In this document: positions 10,869 to 20,500 of the stretch, piece after piece | How positions within the stretch are numbered: the stretch's first letter is position 1 | How the letters are laid out: every line of letters begins with the position of its first letter | Origin: Balanoglossus misakiensis | Lineage: Eukaryota > Animalia > Hemichordata | NCBI GenBank assembly: GCA_040954595.2 | Contig: CM082587.2 | Coordinates: forward strand, 11,613,498 to 11,677,497 | Reading direction: 5' to 3' | Length of the DNA stretch: 64,000 nucleotides | Notes under the pieces: model-generated | The model's database searches: none | What the model was told of the DNA's origin: nothing | The model's input: the letters and a program-made list of their open reading frames with translations, nothing else | Program-made: the position numbers and the translations under genes

Positions 10869-13800
10869 TCACATCATAGATATAATAGCTTCAAAAATTC
10901 TTGCACTTTCTGAATTATTGCATATTTCCTTGTATACCTTGTATCTCAATATGAATTCGTATTTTACTAGCACCATTAAAGGTGCTCTGGTTTCACTTAG
11001 CCAGTATTTATGTATACTCCATTTGCAAACTAAAATCAATAAATTTACAATATTTTCTTCAGATTTCGAAAGCATAACACTTCTAATGCAATTGAAAATT
11101 ATATGAGCGCTTTGTAAAACAAAATCTTTACAAAAAAGTTGCCGAATTATGCGCTCGATTTTTGCCCAAAGTGATGTGGCTATAGTACAACGCACGTACT
11201 TGTGCTCAAGAGACTCTGGTATCTTACTAAGTTCACAATCCACACTGCTGCTCTTATTCCAATAAAACAAATACTTATTACATGGCAACAACCTGTGTAA
11301 AAGTTTCCATTGAAATTCCCGCAACTTTGTTTCCTTAGTTATTGCGTGTATGTTCTTCCAGACCGTTTCACTTTCTTTTGTAGTCTGGTTTGGTACCTCC
11401 AGCAATGTGTACCATTTGTTAAGTTTATCCACTTTTGGACTCCTTTGTGGAATGTTCGCATAAATGGCTTTACACGTAACGTTATTGATGGAAATCCAGT
11501 GTTTTCCATCCCAAATACCGTATTTACAATTTTTCAAGGATTTGTAGAAAAAGTTAAACTTGCTACACCATTTCAAAATTACATTTCTGTTTCCTTTGAT
11601 GTTTTCACTTGCACTGTACCACGCATTTAAAACCTTGACGTAAAATTCAGGGATCGCAGACTCTAAAGCCTTTGGTAGTGATTCCCAGAAAATGTTGTGC
11701 TGAATAAGATTACATGACTGAAGGTCATCCATTTGTAAATAATGCCATGGTATAGCAGACCAAGTGTTGCCTTTACACAAGACCAGTCTCTTGACCCATA
11801 CTGCATAAAGAGAATCAATTTGCTTGTCTAAGTTGACACATCTGATGCCACCTTTGTCATAATCACTCTGAAGTATTACATTGCTTATATTTCGTTTTCT
11901 TCTTATAAAACCATCAATTAGCTTTCGAACAACACACTTAATGCCTTCAGGTATTCCAATCACTGATGTCAAAAACAAAATCTGTGAAATTGCAAAAACC
12001 TTCGTAATCATCACTCTCCCATAAAACGTAAGCCTTCTCCTTTCCCACATTTGTAGCACCTTTTTCAGTTTATCAATCTTAGGCTCCCAGTTAAGTTTGT
12101 TACATTTCTCAGTGTCATAGCCAAAATACACACCAAGCGTTTTGATGGGCTCATTTGTCCATTCAACATTTCCCATTTTCTTTTCACTATTTCTGTTTTT
12201 TCCAACCCACATTGCCTTCGTTTTCTTGTTGCTCATTTTTAAACCACCACACTGATGAAAATCATCCATAACTTTAAAAACATTTTCTAATGACCGACCA
12301 TCCCTTGTAAAAATAGTGGTGTCGTCGGCAAATAATGAAATCTTCGCTGTATTATTACCATATAAGGGGATCCCGTTGATCTCCCCGTGTTGTCTTATTT
12401 TACATGCAAGTACTTCGATCACAAGTAAAAACAATAAAGCCGAGAGGGAACATCCCTGTCGAACACCTCTATGTAATGAAAAGTATCCAGAGCACCATCC
12501 CTTATAAACAATACAACTAGAAATATTACTATATAAAACTTCAATCCAGCGTATAAAGCCTGGACCAAAATTCATCTTTTTAAGCACGCTATACAAAAAT
12601 TTCCAATTTACACTGTCAAACGCTTTCTCATAATCTACAAAAAGGATCGCTCCTTCCAAACGCCGCTTTTTAGTGTAGTCTAGAACATCGGAGATCAGGC
12701 GAATGTTTTCTCCAATAAAACGGCCTTTCATATAGCCTGTCTGATCTCTATGGATAATTGTAGGTAAAACACATTTGAGTCTGTTTGATAATGCCTTAGT
12801 GGCAATTTTGTAGTCAATGTTTAAAAGCGACACAGGCCTCCAATTATTCAAGTCATTTTCATCTCCCTTTTTATACAACAATGTAATAATACCTCTTTTT
12901 TGTGTAGCAGAAAGTTCCCCTGACGACCAGGCTTCATTGAGAGATGAAGTGACAAATGTTTTTATTTCTGACCAAAAGAAAAGAAAAAATTCGACCGAAA
13001 GTCCATCACATCCCGGAGACTTGTTAGCTGCCATGGTCTTCAAAGCGCGCAAACATTCCCTTTCCGTTAAATTACCTTCGCACTGTTCACTTTGTAGAGC
13101 TGTTAGTCCTGGTAAACTGCTATTTTCCAAAAAATCGTCAATCGACTGATGGCAACATTTTCGCTGATAGATCGTCTCGTAGAATTCTCTTTGTTCCCGC
13201 AGAATCTCGTCCGTTTTTGTCACACACTTTCCACTTCTGGTCACCAGCTCCTTAATTTCCTTTTTTCCTGCATTTCGCTTTTCTAATGATAAAAATACTT
13301 GGTATTCCTTTCTCCCTTTTCCACCCACGCTGCACGCGATCTTATCTGCGCACCTTCAGCGAGTATGTTGTAAATATTCTCAAGGCGTTGTTTGGTTTCA
13401 CTGTATTTCCGTATATTTTCATCTGATGGATTCACCAGCATATTTCTTTCATCCGCTTTTAGCTGTTGCTCAAGCTTCGGTATTTCCTTATTGTGATCTT
13501 TTGTTCCATACCTTGTAAATTCCAATGCATATTCTTTAATTTCTTTCTTCATGATGTCCCATTTCATCCGATTATTTTCGAATGTCTTCTCACCACACTC
13601 TCTGATTACAGATTTGACTCCGTTGACAAAGCCTTCATTTTTTAAAAGCCTATTGTTCAGTTTCCATGTACCAGGCCCTCTACAATCTGAAGCGGTCTGC
13701 AATTCCACGTAAACAGCCATATGATCTGTGTATACAGCAGGACGAATATCCGATTTTTTGACATTCTTGACGAGGTGCTTTGAGATAAAAACATAATCTA

Positions 13801-14425
13801 ATCGGCTATGAGTCGGTGATGGGGCCAATCTTCGCCAAGTAAACTGCCGTTGCCCAGGGTGGAAATTCCTCCAAACATCAATAAGTTGAAACTGATTACA
13901 AAAACTACGTAAGACTCTTCTTGATCCATCATGTGATTGCCGTGATTTCACACTTGACGCTCTGTCCAAAGTGTCGTTGAGTGCACAATTGAAGTCGCCT
14001 GCTATAAAAAGATTTTCGTAATAGCAGTGCGTGTCAACCAGGCCAGCTAGATCTTTCAAGAATTCCGTTCTTTGTTTCACGAGATTCGGGGCATAAACAC
14101 TACAAATTGAAAGCTTAACACCTACAAGGCTACCGTTTATTATGCAAATTCTTCCGAAGTCGTCATTCCACACGGAATCAATGGTGAGGTCACATCTGCG
14201 CTCAATCAATATTGCCGTTCCTCTGCTATAATTGTCACCTTTCGAGAAGAATACTTTCCCTCCCCATTCTTTCTCCCAAGTGTCAATGTCTGTTCCATTT
14301 CCATGCAACTCTTGTAAAATCGCGATACTCGTTTTTTGGAGTTTTAGCCAGCGATATATACAGTTCCTTTTCGTTTTGTCTTTGAAACCCCTGACATTCA
14401 GGGTAACTAACTTCAGCGCTGCCAT
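10869..14425 (-). pseudogene. Tx1-like ORF2 (APE endonuclease-reverse transcriptase, ~1185 aa if repaired), frameshifted at ~13291-13295
   Basis: ORF 13283-14425 has APE motifs (TLNVRG, LQE, VYAPN, GDFN, FTW, SRLDYVF, TDH). ORF 10869-13328 has RT motifs (KSPGCDG, WRPVSLLN, DYEKAFDSV, GVRQGC, FADD, LGV). Adding one A to the A5 run joins them as ...GERNTKYFLSLEKRN... Confidence 0.92.
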
Positions 14426-14779
14426 CAGTAGCCTTTGATTCTGACTTGCTGCTGCTGCTTTCGTCTTCTTTTACGTTTTTTCTTATTTTCTTTGCTTTGG
14501 GTCAATGACAACAGTGGTGGCGATTCAGCAGACAATTCAGAGAAATTTTCTCTTGATGTGTCATAACGCCGGTCCTCGCCACCTTCAATATCCGTTACAT
14601 CACCTTCACTGACACTAGTATCGTTTTGTCTATCGTCTCTGTTCTCTTTTAAGAACGCTAAAATTGAGCTTTGTGATTTAACGCTCGAGCTCGAGGGCTC
14701 AGGTGCTTTGTTTGCCAGACTTTGCGGTTTCTCAACACGGTCTTCGTCCCCCGTTTCACGCCTGGATGTTCCTTGTAAC
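14425..14779 (-). CDS. Tx1-like ORF1, 3' portion (low-complexity, basic C-terminus)
   Basis: Reads LQGTSRRETGDED...KKKRKRRRKQQQQVRIKGY*. It is in frame with the 5' portion once the nested element is removed, and its stop TGA overlaps the ORF2 ATG (TGATG). Confidence 0.85.
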
Positions 14780-14788
14780 GGTGTGCTG

Positions 14789-16552
14789 AAGACGCTGTAC
14801 AAATGCATTGCGCATAGTTGTGCGCATTCTTTGACAATGGTTCGTCGATTAACAATGGAGGGGTGGTCGAGACTTTGATTCCTAAGCGCATCAACATAAA
14901 TGGAGGTGCTTGGGTTACTCAACCGTCAATCTTTCCAAAGTAAAAACTTCACAGGGATTAATATACACGAACAACAAAATTCTAAATGCATTTTTATAGT
15001 TTATTTTGAGTCATTTTCTGCAAGGAATAAATCACGCACATTTGTCCCTCCGTTTTGGAGCCTTCATTTTTTCAGTGATGTATCCCCAGTTTTATGGAGT
15101 TGCTGGTTTCAAATTAAAGTTGCTGGTTCCAAAACTTTTCCAAATTGAAGCTTAGTAATTGACTCAAAGCCATACTTTTGCCCGGAAAAAACTTCGCTTG
15201 CCCGAGTATGTTTCCAAGCTTCCGAAGTTGGTCATGCCTTATTTAGCGAAAGTTTGGCATGGTTATTACCCTGGGTTATTACTGCCGAGACGAGATTCAA
15301 GACACTGCACAAGGCTATCGTCCCCGATGATGCAACCACCTGAACGTGAAATTAGCAGATAATGCTATTAATAATATTAAATTACTAATAGCTATACAAA
15401 ATAACAAAAAATGTTGTTTCTGTAACACCATGGACGTAGAACTAGAATGATTTTGATCGTGTTTTGATGTGGAAGTCAGTCTTGCCGCGAAATTCGCACG
15501 TTTACTGATGTAATTAATTAACATAACGATAGCGCGGCGCGAATTTTGAACTATTACCATGACGGCGTCCTTAGAAACAAACTTGCTGTAAGTTAGAAAT
15601 TTGAAATCATTCACTCATAAGTAAGCCAGTCAGTACTACGCCAAACCTGACGATGGCGATGATATGCGCTTTGTCACCACGTACACAGTCTCAATACCAA
15701 GATTTATGCAGTGGTGAGCGCCGTCGAGTCTATGGTAGATATGCATTGTTTGCTACAGTGGTAGGAAGGTGAATTTTTATGCAGGTTTCATTACGAAATG
15801 TTTCCTTGATGTACAGGAGTTGAGATATTTGTACAAATAACCTACGAATTTTAAAACTGCCTGTTTACTTCGCATGTACGTCACCGGGGTACGTCAACAT
15901 CAGTCACCTGCACTTAATTATAGTATATACTGCGTTGCGCTAGTCTGTTCCTCGTCGCGTTTGTCTGTTTGGTGTTGTCTCAGAAACTATGAATATACAC
16001 ATACATGTATGTTAGTAGGCTTTGAAACTCCCTTTAATCAGAAATGTCGAAGGAATTTGGCGAACAACCTAAGCTCCTTTACGCGGATACGGGACCGGGG
16101 AACCAGACGCCATAATATCATTGAAATGACGCCATTGTGATGTCAAGAATGTGCGAAATCCGTCCAAATGAAAATATTTAGTGCAATTATATTTTATTAA
16201 GTGTTGTTATTAGTAATCTGGGTCATTACTGCACTATTCGGGTGCAAGTTCAACAACTGACCGACTTCTCGTACTGGCCGACTTCTCATACGCGCGTACT
16301 GGCCGACTTCTAATCTGACCAACTTCTCATGTATTCGGTAAACACTCATTTCGTTTATACTTAACCAAGTTAAAGCGTCCGAAACGACAATTCATCTAAC
16401 TCCTTTAACTCTATTTCTGTACTATTGGTTTCTCCTCATGATTACGGCCAGAAGTCTCAAGTAGTTGGCTCCAGCAGAGAAAACTTTTCGAATCACGCTG
16501 CATACGCTTCCGGGTTAACTCGCGCATGCGCGTTGCGTTTGTACAGCGTCTG
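14789..16552. mobile_element. Nested non-autonomous TIR DNA transposon (1764 bp, 9-bp TSD; Mutator-like by TSD length)
   Basis: TSD GGTGTGCTG at 14780-14788 and 16553-16561. The inverted repeats 14790-14815 (AGACGCTGTACAAATGCATTGCGCAT) and 16526-16551 match at 23/26. No long ORF inside. The superfamily call is inference only. Confidence 0.85.
16256..16330 (+). repeat. Four copies of a ~17-bp motif ACTGRCCGACTTCTCAT inside the nested element
   Basis: actgaccgacttctcgt / actggccgacttctcat / actggccgacttctaat / ctgaccaacttctcat. Confidence 0.85.
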
Positions 16553-17370
16553 GGTGTGCTGTCACTTTCTAGTCTCGATACCGCATCGGCAGGATTCGTA
16601 GACCTTTTCTGCATTGTGTATTTGGTGGACTGAGACGTTAATTCTTCGTGTACCTGAGAAGTCATACAATTTCTTGCAATATGCCCCTCTCTTTTACAGA
16701 GTCTGCATTTGATTTGTCCAGTGCAATTGTACGCAGTATGTCCCTCCTCTAAGCATTTGCCGCATCGTGGCTGCGTCTCCGCTGTGGATTGCTTATAAAT
16801 AATCTTCGCGTAAAATGCACCGATCTTAACCTGAGCTGGTAATGGTGTCTTTGGTTTTTCGATGAACACAGTTCGATCCCCATTAAGAATGTTTGTCAAC
16901 TTGCCTTCTAACCTCCATTTCTGTCTGGATATATCTGTTTTGAGCTTACAGCCCAAACCAGTAAGTGTAGCGGCAATAGCATCATCATCGTGTGACAATG
17001 GTAGATCTTTTATCGTTAATCTTAACCAATCTTCATGAAACTCTCTTCGGAAGGGATTTCGCCCCCACAGCTCTATCGACTTCCAGCGTAGTGTGAGTCC
17101 ATGTTGTAACAAAATTGTCCGGTCTGCTTCGTCATTCATATAAATACGCCACAGACCTCTTATCCGTTGCAACCCTTCCAAGCTGCCGATGGTGACAACT
17201 TCTGAAACGGCTGCTATAATTTCCTCACCTCTTAGCCATTGATTACTGTCCCTGGGAACTATGTCCGACTGCTTCAGAAAGACGGGTAGAACTCCTACTT
17301 CACCGTCTTTGTCTTGCAGGCGTTTGGTCGTCACCACCTGCGCATAACTGGCTTTGTCTCTGACGGCCAT
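16553..17370 (-). CDS. Tx1-like ORF1 (gag-like nucleic-acid-binding protein), 5' portion
   Basis: The first ATG is at 17370 (MAVRDKASYAQV). Two CX2CX4HX4C knuckles are present (CGKCLEEGHTAYNC, CRLCKREGHIARNC). The reconstructed ORF1 is 1173 nt, 390 aa. Confidence 0.9.
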
Positions 17371-17580
17371 GCTTGCTCGAGACAACGAAAACTAGCAAAA
17401 TGTCTTTCTTCTGAGAATCAAAATGCTTCTTTGCTCTCGAGTTAGCTGCAAGTATCTATCCAAAAGCATATACCTTCAGTTTCGCCACAAAATTCACCGA
17501 TTTCACGTGAAAAAACGATGAAAACTCTGAGCGTGCTAGAAATCTGCTTCCGTAGATGGCTGACTCTAGCGCCCTCCATC
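17371..17580 (-). promoter_or_regulatory. 5'UTR of the Tx1-like element (likely internal promoter)
   Basis: 210 bp between the right TSD and the ORF1 ATG. Promoter function is inferred from L1-clade biology and is not shown by the sequence. Confidence 0.5.
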
Positions 17581-17593
17581 CAGACTGGCGTAA
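17581..17593 (+). other. Right target-site duplication of the Tx1-like element
   Basis: CAGACTGGCGTAA, identical to 10768-10780. The satellite resumes in register. Confidence 0.95.
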
Positions 17594-20500
17594 GTTATCA
17601 ACAGTGATTACGTCGGATTTCCTACGGCCTGGTTTAGCTGAAGCCCCGGCACTTTAGAGCGGAAACACGCGTACATTGACCACGATGATCAAGTCAGATC
17701 TCCTACGGCCTGGCTCGACTAAAACCCCGGCACACCATGACAGACACTAGCGTTCGTTAGCAACGGTGATCAAGTCGGATTTCCTTCGGCCTGGCTCTGC
17801 AAAAGACCCGACACTCTAGTACAAAGACGTTGGCTAAGTCGGGCAAACCGAAGAGGGGAAGTCACAGCGGGTCAACACTCGACATTTGTTCGGGTAGGAC
17901 TGCATTATTGCCTGTCAATTTATAGAGAAAGCCCGAATTTAACCAGGGCGTTTCAAACACCGACGTTAGTTGGGGGGGGGGGGGCATGGCCTGCAGTACT
18001 GCCGGGTAAGCTGACATCGGCGTACCGCATATAATGTAGGGGGGGGGGAACAGAACGGTTCAATACTACATTTATTAGATATCAGCTAATTTTGGACAAT
18101 CATCTAAAATCTAAATCATTTTTTCATATTTGGATATCTGATGATGTATGAAATTTCTATTATATGTAAAGATGGTGCTGATTATAAAAAATGCACTCTG
18201 AATGAGCTGATTTAGTACAAAATTGCGTTTTATTCGTTTTTGCACCAAAAAGGTCATTTTTAGGCAAAACATTCTTTATTTTTTTTAATTCGGTGACCTG
18301 ATCATATACAAACAATTGCTTGTATGTTAAAAGTTTTTATGACTTTTAAAAGCAGTGACACTGGCGGCATTCAACACGAAAATAACAATTTTAACCACAA
18401 TTTGGTCAAAATGGTAAATTTTTGAAAATTACAAAAAATACCTGTTTTCTACATTTTCGGAAATCTGATGGAGTATAGAATCCTCTTCGTATATATATAT
18501 CGATACAAATTCCACAAAAAACGGCCAATTTGGCTCACCGCAGACAATTTTTTTTTAATTCGGTGACCTGATCATATATAAACAATTGCTTGTATGTTAA
18601 AAGTTTTTATGACTTTTAAAAGCAGTGACACTGGCGGCATTCAACACGAAAATAACAATTTTAGCCACAATTTGGTCAAAATGGTAAATTTTTGAAAATT
18701 ACAAAAAATACCTGTTTTCTACATTTTCGGAAATCTGATGGAGTATAGAATGCTCTTCGTATGTATATATCGATACAAATTCCACAAAATACAGTCTAAT
18801 TTGGCTCACTGCAGACAAAATTGCGTTTTACCAAATTTTCCTTGAAAATGTCATTTTTAGAAAAAAATAAAAAACCTTTGTTCTTCGAATTTGGTGCCCT
18901 GATCATATATGACATGTTGATTGTATGTTAAAACTTTCGACCTCTCCAAAAATGCAGAGATATTGACGGAATTCAAGAAAAAATAGCCATTTTGGCCATA
19001 TTTTGACAAAAATGGTAATTTTTTAAAAAATCATAAAAAATTAACTCTTTTCTTCATTTTCGGAAATATTATGGAGCATGAAGTGTCGTTCTCTTGTAAA
19101 AAGTGCTGCAAATTCCAGAAAAGGTGGTATAATTTGAATCACCCAAGACAAAATTACCATTTTCGACTTTTTTTCGAAAAATTGTCTTTTTTACAAAATA
19201 AATAAGAATAAATTCTTTTCTTAGTTTCAAACGGGTAGAGATACTTTCCACACGGGTTTTCTAACATTGAATTCCCGTTCATCAACTCAGATTTCCTACA
19301 GCATAAGTCGGCTAAAACCCAGACACTCTAGAGCAGAAACAGTTGCACACTGGTAACGTTGAACAAGTCGATTTTTCTACGGCCTGGCTCGGCTAAATCT
19401 CCGTCACAATATGACAGACACTAGCGTACGTTAGCAACGGTGATCAAGTCAGATTTCCTACGGCCTGGTTTAGCTGAAGCCCGGCACTTTAGAGCGGTAA
19501 CACGCGTACATTGACCACGATGATCAAGTCAGATCTCCTACGGCCTGGCTCGACTAAAACCCCGGCACACCATGACAGACACTAGCGTTCGTTAGCAACG
19601 TTGATCAAGTCAGATTTCCTACGGCATGGCTTGGCTAAAGCCCTGGCACTCTAGAGCAGAAACACGCCTACAGAGACCACGTTGATCTACTCACATTTCC
19701 TTCGGCCTGGCACGGCTGATGCCCCGTTACTATATATAGGACACAGACTGGCGTAAGTTAACAACGGTAATCACGTTGGGTTTCCTACGGCCTGGCTCAG
19801 CTGAAGCCCCGGCACTCTAGAGCAGAAACAGGCGTACATTGACCACGTTGATCAAGTCAGATTTCCTACGGCGTGACTCGGCTGGTGCACCGGCTCTATA
19901 TGAGACAGACTGGCGTAAGTTATCTACGGTGATTACGTCGGATTTCCTACGGCCTGGTTTAGCTGAAGCCCCGGCACTTTAGAGCGGAAACACGCGTACA
20001 TTGACCACGATGATCAAGTCAGATCTCCTACGGCCTGGCTCGACTAAAACCCCGGCACACCATGACAGACACTAGCGTTCGTTAGCAACGGTGATCAAGT
20101 CGGATTTCCTTCGGCCTGGCTCTGCAAAAGACCCGACACTCTAGTACAAAGACGTTGGCTAAGTCGGGCAAACCGAAGAGGGAAAGTCACAGCTGGTCAA
20201 TACTCGACATTTGTTCGGGTAGGACTGCATTATTGCCTGTCAATTTATTGAGAAAGCCCGAATTAAACCCGGGCGTTTCAAACACCGACGTTAGTTGGGG
20301 GCACGGCCTGCAGTACTGCCGGGTAAGCTGACATCGGCGTACCGCATATAATGTAGGGGGGGGGGGAACAGAACGGTTCAATACTACATTTATTAGATAT
20401 CAGCTAATTTTCGACAATCATCTAAAATCTAAATCATTTTTTCATATTTGGATATCTGATGATGTATGAAATTTCCATTATATGTAAAAATGGTGCTGAT

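Larger units (their letters stand above)
10781..17580 (-). mobile_element. Full-length non-LTR retrotransposon, L1/Tx1 clade (6800 bp including the nested insertion)
   Basis: T23 run (poly-A tail on minus) at 10781-10803, 13-bp TSD, ~210-bp 5'UTR, ORF1 with two CCHC knuckles, and ORF2 with APE + RT + C-terminal cysteine-rich motif. Motifs QIRSRAAWVEKGERNTKYF, NNWRPVSLLNIDYKI and LNGDRTVFI are typical of Tx1-type elements. Confidence 0.93.

Noticed and set aside
10918-14438. Plus-strand ORFs antisense to ORF2
   Set aside because: These are short shadow ORFs of the real minus-strand gene.
14789-16552. Nested element as a spliceable intron or as a hAT element
   Set aside because: There is no convincing GT-AG pair at the termini. 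An 8-bp TSD reading makes the TIRs asymmetric, whereas 9 bp fits.
16411-17385. The 324-aa ORF as a complete ORF1
   Set aside because: Its last ~46 codons read into the nested transposon and the listed start is TTG. The true ORF1 starts at ATG 17370 and continues at 14779.
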